This document shows, piece after piece, positions 44,564 through 55,675 of a stretch of 64,000 nucleotides of DNA; the stretch's first letter is position 1, and every line of letters starts with the position of its first letter. The notes beneath the pieces were generated by a model that saw only the letters and a program-made list of their open reading frames with translations, made no database searches and was not told where the DNA came from. Made by a program: the position numbers and the translations under genes. Source of the DNA: an uncultured Ignatzschineria sp. (GTDB lineage: Bacteria > Pseudomonadota > Gammaproteobacteria > Cardiobacteriales > Wohlfahrtiimonadaceae); contig CALZEE010000007.1 of NCBI GenBank assembly GCA_945639195.1, forward strand, positions 87,210 through 151,209. Direction: 5' to 3'.

Positions 44564-45118
44564 TTATCTAACACGGAGAACTTTCCAGGTAGAGTAGAGA
44601 TATTGAATCATTGACCAGAGTGTTAAGAAGGTCGCAATGATCAAGAAGATTAACCCTAAATTGTAGATAGGAATGCCGAAAAGATCTTGTTTGTACAGTA
44701 AGAAAGTTATCGCGCCCATCTGAAATGCTGTTTTCCATTTACCGATCCAAGAGACCGCAACGACACCGCGTTCGCCCATTCCAGCCATCCATTCACGAAG
44801 GGCAGAGATGGTTATTTCTCGGCTGATAATGATCATAACTGCAAGGGTTAAGAGCCAGTTGTGCATCTCATGGTCGACGATAGCAATTAATGCAACGGCG
44901 ACGAGTAGCTTATCTGCAACAGGGTCTAAGAAAGCGCCAAAGCTCGAGGTTTGATTCCATTTACGTGCTAAGTACCCATCTAACCAATCCGTAAAGGCTG
45001 CCGCCATAAAGATCAGTGTCAAAACAATGTTTTGATGGGGGGTAGGGAGGAAGTAACATAGGATAAACACCGGTATCGCAAAGACGCGAGCCCAGGTGAT
45101 AAGGCTTGGAAGGTTCAT
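44564..45118 (-). CDS. pgsA: CDP-diacylglycerol--glycerol-3-phosphate 3-phosphatidyltransferase
   Basis: 184 aa. N-terminus [15 protein letters not shown]... and DWLDGYLAR...FLDPVADK match PgsA. Confidence 0.85.
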   Translation of the reverse strand: MNLPSLITWARVFAIPVFILCYFLPTPHQNIVLTLIFMAAAFTDWLDGYLARKWNQTSSFGAFLDPVADKLLVAVALIAIVDHEMHNWLLTLAVMIIISREITISALREWMAGMGERGVVAVSWIGKWKTAFQMGAITFLLYKQDLFGIPIYNLGLIFLIIATFLTLWSMIQYLYSTWKVLRVR

Positions 45119-45274
45119 GCTTTTTTATTACTCCTCAAGGTCATTTTCATAGGCGCCGTTGATCATTATAACAAAGATTTTCAAACTCTCAAATGCCTGA
45201 TAAAATCCGTCATCAGGCAAATAATTGTGTTAAAATACAGCTCTTTTAAAATTGGCGTTCTTGGAGAGAGACAT

Positions 45275-46735
45275 ATGCTTAGAATAATGGAAAAAGGTTT
45301 AACCTTTGATGACGTATTATTAGTACCTGATTACTCTGAAGTTCTTCCGAGGGATGTGTCGCTTAGGACGCAACTAACTCAAAAAATTGCATTAAATATT
45401 CCCCTTTTATCTGCAGCGATGGATACCGTTACCGAAAGTAAAATGGCAATCGCGTTAGCACAACAAGGTGGAATTGGTATTATTCATAAAAATCTAACAC
45501 CAGCAGAACAAGCACGCCAAGTCCGAAAAGTGAAAAACTTTGAAAATGGGGTATTAACGGATCCTATTACAGTTACCACTGATTGCTCATTGGAAGAAGT
45601 TCGCAATATTATGCGTAATCGTAAAATTTCGAGTGTTCCAGTTTTAACGCTTGATGGGAAAGTGGCTGGAATTATCACGACCCGCGATCTTCGTTTCCAA
45701 ACGGATCTATCACAAAATATTACTAAGGCGATGACGAACCGTGATCGCCTTATTACTATCCACGAAGGGGCAAGCCGTGAAGAGATTGTTGAGCGTCTTC
45801 GTTCACATCGCTTAGAGCGTTTAGTGGTTGTGAATGATAATAACGAACTCCGTGGTTTAATCACCGTAAAAGATCTCTCTCATACAGATACACATCCTAA
45901 TGCCGTTATGGATGATCAAGAGCGCCTTCTTTGTGGTGCTGCTGTAGGTGCGGGCGATGGTACTGAAGAGCGTATCGAGCAACTCGTTGAAGTCGGTGTT
46001 GACGTGATTATTGTAGATACTGCCCATGGTCACTCAAAAGGCGTGATTGATCGCGTTCGTTGGGTTAAACAAAACTTCCCGGATCTTCAAATTATCAGTG
46101 GTAACATTGCAACTGCAGAAGCGGCGAAAGCCCTTTTAGCGGCAGGGACTGATGGGGTAAAAGTAGGGATTGGTCCGGGCTCAATCTGTACAACACGTAT
46201 CGTTGCAGGTATTGGTTTCCCACAAGTGAGTGCAATTGCAAACGTTGCGGCTGCACTTCGTGGTACTGGCGTTCCTGTAATTGCTGATGGTGGTGTACGT
46301 TATTCTGGTGACATGGCAAAAGCATTAGCGGCAGGGGCAAACTCTATCATGGTGGGTTCAATCTTAGCAGGAACAGATGAATCTCCAGGCGAGATCGAAT
46401 TCTACCAAGGCCGTGCATATAAATCATATCGCGGAATGGGTTCAATCGGCGCAATGAATGCCGGATCTTCAGATCGTTACTTCCAAGAAGGTTCAAGTGC
46501 AGACAAGCTCGTTCCTGAGGGGATCGAAGGTCGTGTTGCCTATAAAGGTTCTGTATCACCGATTGTTCATCAATTAATGGGCGGTATCCGTGCAGGTATG
46601 GGTTATGTTGGTTGCGGCACTATTGAAGAGATGAATACAAAACCTCGTTTTGTAGAGATCACAAGTGCAGGAATGAGTGAATCTCACGTGCATGATGTGA
46701 CTATCACCAAAGAAGCACCTAACTACTCACGTTAA
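45275..46735 (+). CDS. guaB: IMP dehydrogenase
   Basis: Start [18 protein letters not shown] with RBS GGAGAG. Twin CBS domains. Catalytic loop [11 protein letters not shown]. Confidence 0.95.
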   Translation: MLRIMEKGLTFDDVLLVPDYSEVLPRDVSLRTQLTQKIALNIPLLSAAMDTVTESKMAIALAQQGGIGIIHKNLTPAEQARQVRKVKNFENGVLTDPITVTTDCSLEEVRNIMRNRKISSVPVLTLDGKVAGIITTRDLRFQTDLSQNITKAMTNRDRLITIHEGASREEIVERLRSHRLERLVVVNDNNELRGLITVKDLSHTDTHPNAVMDDQERLLCGAAVGAGDGTEERIEQLVEVGVDVIIVDTAHGHSKGVIDRVRWVKQNFPDLQIISGNIATAEAAKALLAAGTDGVKVGIGPGSICTTRIVAGIGFPQVSAIANVAAALRGTGVPVIADGGVRYSGDMAKALAAGANSIMVGSILAGTDESPGEIEFYQGRAYKSYRGMGSIGAMNAGSSDRYFQEGSSADKLVPEGIEGRVAYKGSVSPIVHQLMGGIRAGMGYVGCGTIEEMNTKPRFVEITSAGMSESHVHDVTITKEAPNYSR

Positions 46736-46756
46736 TTCTTAACGAATAAACTTTAT

Positions 46757-46790
46757 AAGCTCATACAGTTTCGTGTGAGCTTATTTTTTT
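46757..46790 (+). terminator. Rho-independent terminator of guaB
   Basis: AAGCTCA-loop-TGAGCTT followed by ATTTTTTT. Confidence 0.6.
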
Positions 46791-47156
46791 GAAAAAACGT
46801 TAAGGATCATTCAAGATAATCAATACGATTGGATGATTGATAATAGACCGATTCACGAGATGCTTTAATTGCGCTGTTTTGAAAATTAATTAACAGAAGT
46901 TAAGGCAATTTAGCGCAAAATAGTGGATAATAGACGGTTGATTTATTCGTAATAATGCATTTGAGTGATGAAAGCGAGATTTGAAGTAAGTCTTAATTAT
47001 TCAAAGTGCTCAGCAGTGTATTAAAACGGTATTAAAGCAGTATAGAAAAGAATTTAATGAGAATTTATTAAGGTCAATGGATTAGGGCCGGTAATGTCAA
47101 AGACATTGTTTGGTGTTCCTAATATTTTTTAACCATTATTTGAAGTAGAAAAGATC

Positions 47157-48674
47157 ATGACAAAAGAGACTGTAGTGTGCGAGCACGATCAAACTGAAAA
47201 CCATCTTATTACAGAGCGCCGTGAGAAGCTTGCGAAGATTCGCGAAGAGAAGGCGGTTGCATTCCCTAATAACTTTAGAAAAGATACAGACGCAAAAGAT
47301 CTCCATATCGAAATGGAAGGTTTTGACCGTGATGCGCTGAAGGAAAAGGGAAAGATTGTGAAGATGGCGGGTCGTATCGTTGCGAAGCGTCTCTTTGGTA
47401 AGGGTGGATTTATCAGTCTTCGCGATCAAAGTGGTGATATCCAAATCTTCGTCAATACAGGGTTAATCGGTGCAGAAGCATTTGCTGACTTCACGACTTG
47501 GGATGTGGGTGACATCGTTGCTGTTGAAGGAGAAGTATCTCGTTCGGATAAAGGTGAGTTAACTGTTCGTGCGAATGTATTAACACTCTTAACGAAATCA
47601 CTTCGTCCATTACCAGATAAATTCCACGGCTTAACAGACGTTGAAGCACGTTATCGTCAGCGTTATCTTGATCTGATTATGAATCAAGAATCACGTGATA
47701 CATTCCGTAAGCGTAACTTAATTCTTCGTACGATTCGTACTTTTATGGATGAGCGTCACTTTGAAGAGGTGGAAACACCGATGATGCATTCAATTCCTGG
47801 TGGCGCAAATGCAAAACCATTTGTAACGCATCATAATGCATTGGATATGGAATTCTATCTTCGTATCGCCCCTGAACTTTACCTCAAGCGTTTAGTTGTG
47901 GGCGGGATGGAGCGTGTTTACGAGATTAACCGTAACTTCCGTAACGAAGGTGTTTCAACGCGTCATAACCCTGAGTTCACCATGATGGAATGGTATTGGT
48001 CATATGCAGATTACAAAGACATGATGGATATGACAGATGACATGATGCATGAGATCGCGGTTAAAGTTACTGGTGGAACAGAGGTTCCTTACCAAGATTA
48101 TGTGATTGATTTTGGGAAGCCAGCAGAACGCATGACGGTTCAAGAGTCAATCATGAAGTACTGTGCTGAAGCGAAAGATTTTGATCTTGATACGCGTGAA
48201 GGTGTTGCAGCATTGGCAGATCATTTCCATATCAAATACGATAAAGTGAATGATTGCTGGGGTAAAATCTTAATGGAAATCTTCGATGAAAAAGTAGAAG
48301 AGAGCCTTATGCAACCAACCTTTATTACAGGTTACCCATTAGCAGTATCACCGCTTGCACGTAAAAATGATGAAAACCCGCTTATTACAGATCGTTTTGA
48401 GTACTTCATCGGTGGACGTGAAGTAGGGAATGGTTATTCGGAGTTAAATGACGCAGAAGATCAGCACGAGCGTTTTATGTCGCAAGTTGAAGATAAAGAT
48501 GCCGGCGATGACGAAGCAATGCATTATGATAAAGACTTCGTAACGGCATTAGAATATGGTATGCCACCAACAGCAGGTGAAGGTATCGGGATTGACCGTT
48601 TAGTGATGATCTTCACAGATGCACCATCGATCCGTGATGTGCTTTTATTCCCACATATGCGTATTCGTGATTAA
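47157..48674 (+). CDS. lysS: Lysyl-tRNA synthetase, class II
   Basis: 505 aa. Anticodon-binding OB N-domain. Class II motifs FRNEG and [11 protein letters not shown]. Typical length. Confidence 0.95.
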   Translation: MTKETVVCEHDQTENHLITERREKLAKIREEKAVAFPNNFRKDTDAKDLHIEMEGFDRDALKEKGKIVKMAGRIVAKRLFGKGGFISLRDQSGDIQIFVNTGLIGAEAFADFTTWDVGDIVAVEGEVSRSDKGELTVRANVLTLLTKSLRPLPDKFHGLTDVEARYRQRYLDLIMNQESRDTFRKRNLILRTIRTFMDERHFEEVETPMMHSIPGGANAKPFVTHHNALDMEFYLRIAPELYLKRLVVGGMERVYEINRNFRNEGVSTRHNPEFTMMEWYWSYADYKDMMDMTDDMMHEIAVKVTGGTEVPYQDYVIDFGKPAERMTVQESIMKYCAEAKDFDLDTREGVAALADHFHIKYDKVNDCWGKILMEIFDEKVEESLMQPTFITGYPLAVSPLARKNDENPLITDRFEYFIGGREVGNGYSELNDAEDQHERFMSQVEDKDAGDDEAMHYDKDFVTALEYGMPPTAGEGIGIDRLVMIFTDAPSIRDVLLFPHMRIRD

Positions 48675-48841
48675 TAATTACAAGATTAATGATGGTTGTT
48701 GGATGTCATTCGTATTAGCGTAATCAAAAAAGTCATAAAAGCCACCTCTTAGTAGGTGGTTTTTTTGTTGATGTTATATTCTTTGTTTACGGAAGTTGGT
48801 GATTTCAGTAGTTTGAATTATTTTAAGGATTTAAAGACAAT

Positions 48842-48877
48842 AAAAAAGCCCGTAGACAGTAGTCTCGGGCTTTTTTA
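48842..48877. terminator. Bidirectional terminator downstream of lysS. A weaker hairpin lies at 48737-48767.
   Basis: AAAAAA-GCCCGTAGAC-AGT-AGTCTCGGGC-TTTTTT. Confidence 0.6.
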
Positions 48878-48957
48878 TTTTTGTTTGAGAATCATATCCT
48901 TAATGAATCTTATGACTTAAGGTCGTTAAGATCAATTAAGAACAGGAATCAAATTGA

Positions 48958-49140
48958 TTATGCAGCGATTTGGATGAAGTTTTTCATTTCTTCAAACCAG
49001 TTAAAACCGCCATTTTTATACCAAACTTGTTCAGTATTTGTGTCAATACGAATAATCGTTTCGATACGTTGATCTCTCATTACGTTGTTGCCAACATTTA
49101 CTGAGTTACCATTTTTGTCAAAAAGTTTTTTTGTAATCAT
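48958..49140 (-). CDS. Small hypothetical protein of 60 aa
   Basis: Good SD AGGAGA 8 nt before the ATG. The terminator at 48842-48877 lies directly downstream. No homology recognised. Confidence 0.3.
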   Translation of the reverse strand: MITKKLFDKNGNSVNVGNNVMRDQRIETIIRIDTNTEQVWYKNGGFNWFEEMKNFIQIAA

Positions 49141-50357
49141 AATATATCTCCTATTATTATTAATTATTATTTAGATAGGATCAATGGCGTGATGATTAAT
49201 TGTTTGAAACACCTGGCCATTTGTGGAGTAAGCTGCCGGTAATTGCCATTCACTTACGATTAACTGTGATATTTTCTATCTAGGGTCTATCACAATATTG
49301 GTGTCTATTAAATTTGATTGATCTCAGCGAACTCGTCAATTTTGAGTGTGCTTTTAGATAGAGCAGATCTTTTTAATAGCGCCGGTGAGAATATAAGAGG
49401 TGATTTTCTATTGGCATCATTTAAACGTCGGAAATACTCACAATCGTTTTATCGGTATGGATAATAAATAGAGTACGTCTTGGTGACAGTCAAGACAAAA
49501 TGCCTAATGGAAATATCAGTATCAGATATTCATATAAATTTTTAAAGAGGGAATTTTAATGAGATGTGCAGATGATAGATTAAGATCCGTATCTGTTTGG
49601 TATTCAATAAGATAAAAGGCTATCTTCTGGACATACCAATATAATTCCAACTAAAACAATATAGATTACAAATAAAGCAAAAGCAATACTATTTTATCTC
49701 TTCTTGTTAGTAAAATTGATCTAGATACTTATTTAAACAGCTTCTTATGATCATCATTGTGCTTTTATTCTTTGAATTTTCACTTTATTTATTTTTTTAT
49801 AAGTGAACAAAACAGCAAGATTACAAGCGCAGCTATATTAGCTAACCTGAGAATGATAGCACTGTTCGTTAAAAACGCCTAATTTTTATAAGGTCGCAGA
49901 GTATGTGATTTCCTCACAGCAGCTGATTAGAGGATATTGTATGTGTTTGATGTACTTTGATATTTGAACTTTATATTGAGCTTATTAAGGAGGGAGAGGG
50001 AAAGGTATTTTGAGAGATGTTTTTATCCTAGGACGGCTCTATTTAAGTTGAGGAAATATAACCTATCCAGCTATTTACTTATTCTTGATTTAGTGTAAAT
50101 ATTTATATATTAAATATAATATTTAAGGTGATTTTAGAGTTATTCTATTTTTCAGAAATAATGATTTCTATAAGTTTTTATAAATAGTCAATTTAATGAT
50201 GAGAGTAATATCTGATATTTGAAGCTAGTTTAGCAACTGATCACAGTAATCAGGGGATAATCACTTTTAACGCTTATTATATGAAATATTTTATGAGATC
50301 TAAAAATAAAATATAAGGTTTCTATTAATTGGTTAACATTTCGAAAAGGGTGTCAAT

Positions 50358-52052
50358 ATGATGTTGTGGTCTTGGATTGCGGAAACATTCCGTACCTATC
50401 CGGAGCTCGCTATATTCCTCGCGCTTGCGATTGGGTACTGGGTAGGGGCTTTGAAATTTAAAAGTTTTAGTTTAGGTTCGGTAACAGGAACATTATTAGC
50501 GGGTGTTGTGATTGGACAGATCGGGATAGATATCTCTGCACAAGTAAAGTCTGTTTTCTTTATAATGTTTTTATTCTCAGTAGGATTCGGTATTGGACCA
50601 CAATTTGTGAAAGGTCTTGCGAGTGATGGCTTGCCGCAAGCTATTTTTGCAGTGATTATCTCTTGTCTCTGTTTATTAGGAGTGTATATTGCTGCGACTG
50701 TTTCTGGTTATGGACCAGGATTAGCCGCGGGGCTTTTGGCTGGCACCCAAACGATATCAGCATCAATAGGACTTGCTACTGACGCGATCAATCAAATGGA
50801 TGTCAGCTCTGAGGTGATTAGTAAAAATCTTGATCAAATCCCTGTCGCATATGCGATTACTTATCTTTTTGGAACGGTTGGAACGGGTTGGATTGTTGCG
50901 TATGCAGGGCCTAAGATTCTTCGCATAAATTTGAAGCAAGAATGCGCGCGTTATGAAGCAGAGATGTCTCTGGGAGGGCCTGAAGAAGGGATCCAATCTG
51001 CTTGGAACCAGTTTATTATCCGAGCATTTAAATTAAATAATCCTAAAATTGTTGTGGGTAAAACCGTATTAGAAACAGAAGCGTTAGCGGGGGATGAGCG
51101 ACTTTTTATCGAAAATATTCGAAGGAAAGGTAAGATTATTGAATTTGATGATAATACGGTTTTAGAGCTTGATGACATTGTCGCTGTATCAGGGCTTCAT
51201 GAAACGTTGGTGGAAATTACCCATCAGGCAGAAGAAGTAGCCGATAAGGAGCTGTTACAGATTCCGATGTTATCTGTTGATATTATGGTTACTAGTAAAG
51301 ATGCTGCGAATAAAACATTATTAGAGCTATCGTATGCCAAAGAGGCGAGAGGCGTATTTGTACGAAAAATACGCAGAGGATCGATTGGTGTTGAGATCCC
51401 GGTTCATGCACAAACGGTACTGAATCGTGGGGATATTGTGAGCGTGACAGGTAGTAAGAAGCATATTGATGCAATGGCCGGTACGTTTGGTTATATTGAT
51501 CGGGCGACAACCTCAACTAATATGGTGTTAGTAGGTGCCGGCATTGTTATTGGGGGATTATTAGGGTCTATTGTTGTACCCATTGGTGGTTTACCTATTA
51601 CATTATCAACAGCGGGTGGTGCTCTGATTGCCGGATTAATCTGTGGTTGGCTTCGTAGTTTTCACCCTAATTTTGGCAATGTCCCCTCAGAAACATTATG
51701 GTTTATGAATTCTGTAGGATTAAATGTCTTTATTGCCATTGTAGGAATAACGGCAGGACCCACCTTTATTAGTGGTGTAGAGGAAGTTGGGTTTCAAATT
51801 TTCTTCTGGGGGATTTTTGCTACAGCGATGCCAATGTTACTAGCACCTTTAATCGGAAAGTATATTTTTAAATTTGACCCGGCAATCAATCTTGGCTGCT
51901 GCGGAGGTGCAAGAACCAGTACGGCATCTGTGGCGATGGTGGCAGAAGCGGCTGGGAGTAATGTCCCGATGCTCGGCTATACCGTGCCTTATGCTGTGAG
52001 TAATACATTACTAACCTTATGGGGATTGGCGATTGTTTTATTATTAAGATAA
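50358..52052 (+). CDS. Putative transporter of the AspT/YidE/YbjL family, with two membrane domains flanking tandem TrkA_C (RCK_C) domains
   Basis: 564 aa. Hydrophobic N- and C-terminal thirds with a soluble middle. Architecture typical of YidE/YbjL. Confidence 0.65.
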   Translation: MMLWSWIAETFRTYPELAIFLALAIGYWVGALKFKSFSLGSVTGTLLAGVVIGQIGIDISAQVKSVFFIMFLFSVGFGIGPQFVKGLASDGLPQAIFAVIISCLCLLGVYIAATVSGYGPGLAAGLLAGTQTISASIGLATDAINQMDVSSEVISKNLDQIPVAYAITYLFGTVGTGWIVAYAGPKILRINLKQECARYEAEMSLGGPEEGIQSAWNQFIIRAFKLNNPKIVVGKTVLETEALAGDERLFIENIRRKGKIIEFDDNTVLELDDIVAVSGLHETLVEITHQAEEVADKELLQIPMLSVDIMVTSKDAANKTLLELSYAKEARGVFVRKIRRGSIGVEIPVHAQTVLNRGDIVSVTGSKKHIDAMAGTFGYIDRATTSTNMVLVGAGIVIGGLLGSIVVPIGGLPITLSTAGGALIAGLICGWLRSFHPNFGNVPSETLWFMNSVGLNVFIAIVGITAGPTFISGVEEVGFQIFFWGIFATAMPMLLAPLIGKYIFKFDPAINLGCCGGARTSTASVAMVAEAAGSNVPMLGYTVPYAVSNTLLTLWGLAIVLLLR

Positions 52053-52079
52053 TAATGATTTCAACTAATGTGAAGATTA

Positions 52080-52107
52080 GCCCAGCAATAATTGCTGGGC
52101 TTTTTTG
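52080..52107 (+). terminator. Rho-independent terminator of the transporter gene
   Basis: GCCCAGCAAT-AA-TTGCTGGGC followed by TTTTTTG. Confidence 0.75.
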
Positions 52108-52209
52108 TGAGTTCATTGTTGTAACATAAACTTATGCGTAAATTTATGTCAAAAAAGTTATAATCTGGTAGGATATTCAACACCTTTTTGACTTCACTGA
52201 GTATATTGT

Positions 52210-53148
52210 ATGAAAAAAATAATAGTAATGAGCATAATCGGCATGGTTCTTGCGGCATGTGGGGATCGTGACGAGGATTATTTTTTCAAAAATCAAGATA
52301 AAGCAAAGGGAACTTTGAAAGCCTGTGAGCAGAAACTTTACAAAGCACTTGAGAATGGGGATGAAAAGGAATTTAAAACTATTCAGTCTGATGACGAATG
52401 TAAAGCGGCTGATTCTGCACTTAAAAAGCAACGCCTCATTAATTGGGAGCAAGAACAGGCTGAGCGTGAGCGTCTAAAACAGTTAGAAGAAGCTGCGAAA
52501 CGAAAAGAGATCTTAGATGAAAAAGAAAAGATTGAGATGGCGCATCAAGGTAATAGTTGGCAGCAAAATATTTCAGCTTATTTAAAGCTAGATCGTTGTG
52601 AAACGCATTTATGGCAAGCACCAAGCACAGAATGTGCTGCGTGGAGTGAGTTTTATAAAGATGCGGTTAATGAGGGAGAAACTATTTTATCAAGCTTCTC
52701 ATTTGAGGAGTTGAAAGAGAAAGAAAATACTTTTTGTGCTCTCGATAAAAGACGAGGATCTGCTTGTGAAGTTTGGATGAACGTTCGAGATGCTAAGGGA
52801 AAGGCTGCATTGAGTGGTTTAGATCTCTTTGAGATTGAGGCCGTAAAAGCTAATTATTGTCATCAAGAAAACAGTTTTTCATCGATTTGCCAAACTTGGA
52901 ATAATGCTTGGAGAGTCAAGAGTGATCAATTAGTCGCATATTATACCAATGAAGATGATGCTTTTATGGAAACTTATAATCTTTGCATGGATGAGATTGA
53001 ATCAGTTCAAAATTCTGAAGGGGATTGGAGAGAGAAGTCAGAACGAGAAAGCAGTATTAAAAGCATGAGTCCCTGTTCTCAGGCTGCAACTGCTTACCAA
53101 CGACGAGGCATGGGATACGCACCTTTCAGAGGAAAGATTATTCGATAA
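52210..53148 (+). CDS. Cys-rich (12 Cys) hypothetical lipoprotein
   Basis: Lipobox MVLAAC. Charged, Lys/Glu-rich. No family recognised. Confidence 0.5.
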   Translation: MKKIIVMSIIGMVLAACGDRDEDYFFKNQDKAKGTLKACEQKLYKALENGDEKEFKTIQSDDECKAADSALKKQRLINWEQEQAERERLKQLEEAAKRKEILDEKEKIEMAHQGNSWQQNISAYLKLDRCETHLWQAPSTECAAWSEFYKDAVNEGETILSSFSFEELKEKENTFCALDKRRGSACEVWMNVRDAKGKAALSGLDLFEIEAVKANYCHQENSFSSICQTWNNAWRVKSDQLVAYYTNEDDAFMETYNLCMDEIESVQNSEGDWREKSERESSIKSMSPCSQAATAYQRRGMGYAPFRGKIIR

Positions 53149-53175
53149 TTTCATTTTGATGATATTCTAGAAATT

Positions 53176-53207
53176 GAAAAAAGGAGATCAAATGATCTCC
53201 TTTTTTT
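53176..53207. terminator. Bidirectional terminator between the lipoprotein gene (+) and nadC (-)
   Basis: AAAAAA-GGAGATCA-AA-TGATCTCC-TTTTTTT. Confidence 0.75.
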
Positions 53208-53258
53208 GTTCATAAATGCCGCTTTTTATTCAAGGGGTTGAGACGACTGTGACAAGCG

Positions 53259-54113
53259 CTAATCCATAAAATCAAAACCAATATCCAACGCTTTCACACT
53301 ATGTGTGAGCCAACCCATCGCAATGAAATCAACGCCTGTTTTGGCAACGGCTAAAACCGTTTCAGGATTAATACCACCAGAGGCTTCTGTTTTACAGCGG
53401 CCTTTGCAGAGTGCGACTGCTTCTTTGAGCATTTCAGGGGGCATGTTATCGAGAAGTACAAGATCAATGCCCTCATTAAGGGCCAGTTTGAGCTGCGCCA
53501 ATGTATCAACTTCCACTTCAATGGGAATGAGATGACCGGCATATGCTTTTGCGAGTTGGATCGCTTTGGTAATATTGCCGGCAATGGCGATATGATTATC
53601 TTTAATTAAAATGGCATCGTCGAGCCCCATACGATGGTTACGACCGCCGCCCACTCTTACCGCATATTTTTGTAGGATACGAAGCCCAGGCAATGTTTTA
53701 CGAGTACATGTGATTTCAACAGGATAATTCTGCACGCTTTCAACAATCTTCGCAACTTGCGAAGCGATGCCACTTAAATGGGTCATAAAGTTTAGTGCTG
53801 TACGTTCTGCTGTGAGGAGCGCGCGTGCATTTCCTGAAACTGTTGCAAGGACTGTCCCCGGCATAATGCATTCGCCATCTGTGACATGCGCCTGAAAGAT
53901 AATGTTTTTATCGATAGTAGAAAAGGTGAGTTCTGCGAGATCCATGCCAGCAATGATCCCTTTTTCTCGAGAGATAATTTTTAACGAAGCTGTCTGCTCT
54001 GCTTGAATGACCGCCAGACTAGTGACATCACCTCGACGGCCGAGATCTTCTTGAAGCGCAGTTTCCACAAAAGGTTGAAGGAGCAGGTGCGGAAGGGGGG
54101 AGATAGTCGTCAT
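53259..54113 (-). CDS. nadC: Nicotinate-nucleotide pyrophosphorylase (quinolinate phosphoribosyltransferase)
   Basis: 284 aa with a QPRTase fold signature. ALQEDLGRRGDVTS and TRKTLPGLR. Confidence 0.9.
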   Translation of the reverse strand: MTTISPLPHLLLQPFVETALQEDLGRRGDVTSLAVIQAEQTASLKIISREKGIIAGMDLAELTFSTIDKNIIFQAHVTDGECIMPGTVLATVSGNARALLTAERTALNFMTHLSGIASQVAKIVESVQNYPVEITCTRKTLPGLRILQKYAVRVGGGRNHRMGLDDAILIKDNHIAIAGNITKAIQLAKAYAGHLIPIEVEVDTLAQLKLALNEGIDLVLLDNMPPEMLKEAVALCKGRCKTEASGGINPETVLAVAKTGVDFIAMGWLTHSVKALDIGFDFMD

Positions 54114-54463
54114 AATATCCTTTTCTCTTTAGGGAAAGTGGGGTGATTCTAGAACTCGCTAATATCTCAATTGTCGGCAATATTACCACTATTGAGTCAT
54201 TGTTGTCTGTATATACTCAATATGAGCATATATTTTTAAGCGCTAAATCTCAAGCGTTAAAAATTCCTTATGACGTCTTTGTAGCATTAAAATAGCCTTA
54301 ATATAATGATTTCCGGGATTTTTTGCGATTTTATTGGGTAATAATAGGGGGTATTGAAAACTTATTAGGCGAAATAAGTTGAGAATCCTCTCTTTAATAG
54401 TTATGCTCATTATGAGTATAAATAAGGGTGTTTTAAGATTTATCGCCCCAAAATAGTGAATGA

Positions 54464-55654
54464 GTGGATATAAATGATTCTCTTCAGGGAGAAAAAGGAT
54501 GTCGTATTGTGAAGCAATCATCGGATAAAAAGATCGAATACACGTTGCCCAATGCAAAAGGGGAAACGCATATTGCAGCGCTTTTTGCAGTGAAGGATAA
54601 TGCCCCTAAAGAAGATTCAGCCGTATTGATTTCGCGCATTAAGTCGCGGCTTAAAGCATTAGATGCAACGTTAATTGCCCATTATTATACGGATCCTTTG
54701 ATTCAAGCCTTGGCGGAAGAGACGGGCGGTTGTGTTGCAGATTCCTTGGAGATGGCACGGTTTGGACGAGATGCTGAAGCGAAGACCTTAATTGTAGCCG
54801 GCGTTCGCTTTATGGGTGAAACCGCTAAGATATTGAGTCCTGATAAAACGGTGTTAATGGCCGATTTAGAGGCGACTTGCTCGCTCGATCTGGGGTGTCC
54901 TGTTGAGGAGTTCTCGGCATTTTGTGATCAGCACCCAGAGAGAACTGTTGTGGTGTACGCCAATACCAGTGCTGAAGTAAAGGCTCGTGCAGATTGGGTG
55001 GTGACTTCTGCGATAGGTTTAGATATTGTCCGGCAATTGCATCAAGAAGGTCATAAGATCATCTGGGGACCAGATCGCCATTTAGGAAACTATATAGCGG
55101 CTGAAACGGGCGCTGATATGCTTATCTGGCAAGGAAACTGTATTGTTCATGACGAATTTAAAGCGAATAGTTTAGCGCTCTATCGAGAAAAACATCCTGA
55201 AGCCGAGGTATTAGTGCATCCAGAATCCCCAAGTAGTGTGATCTCACAGGCGGATGTTGTAGGTTCGACTTCTCAGCTCATTAATGCTGCTAAAAACTCA
55301 CAGGCGAATACTTTTATCGTGGCAACGGATCAAGGGATCTTCTATAAGATGCAACAAGCGGTGCCAGATAAAAAGCTTTTGATTGCACCTACTGCCGGCA
55401 ATAGCGCCACATGTAAGAGTTGTGCAATGTGTCCGTGGATGGCGATGAATACTTTAACAAAGCTCGATCTGCTTCTATCATCGCCGGAGAAAGCGAGGAA
55501 AGGGGAGATTTTAGTCGAAGAAAATATCCGCCAAAAGGCCCTAAAAAGTCTTGGGAGGATGCTCGACTTCTCAGCGCAAAAATCGATTTCTATTCAGGCA
55601 AGTGGAGATCTATTGCAAGATCAGGCACTTTTTCACAATATCGGACCGGCATAG
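54464..55654 (+). CDS. nadA: Quinolinate synthase A
   Basis: Long near-identical stretches to E. coli NadA: [98 protein letters not shown] start at 54464. Exact start uncertain. Confidence 0.9.
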   Translation: MDINDSLQGEKGCRIVKQSSDKKIEYTLPNAKGETHIAALFAVKDNAPKEDSAVLISRIKSRLKALDATLIAHYYTDPLIQALAEETGGCVADSLEMARFGRDAEAKTLIVAGVRFMGETAKILSPDKTVLMADLEATCSLDLGCPVEEFSAFCDQHPERTVVVYANTSAEVKARADWVVTSAIGLDIVRQLHQEGHKIIWGPDRHLGNYIAAETGADMLIWQGNCIVHDEFKANSLALYREKHPEAEVLVHPESPSSVISQADVVGSTSQLINAAKNSQANTFIVATDQGIFYKMQQAVPDKKLLIAPTAGNSATCKSCAMCPWMAMNTLTKLDLLLSSPEKARKGEILVEENIRQKALKSLGRMLDFSAQKSISIQASGDLLQDQALFHNIGPA

Positions 55655-55675
55655 TTTTGAATTGTGAATGAAACT

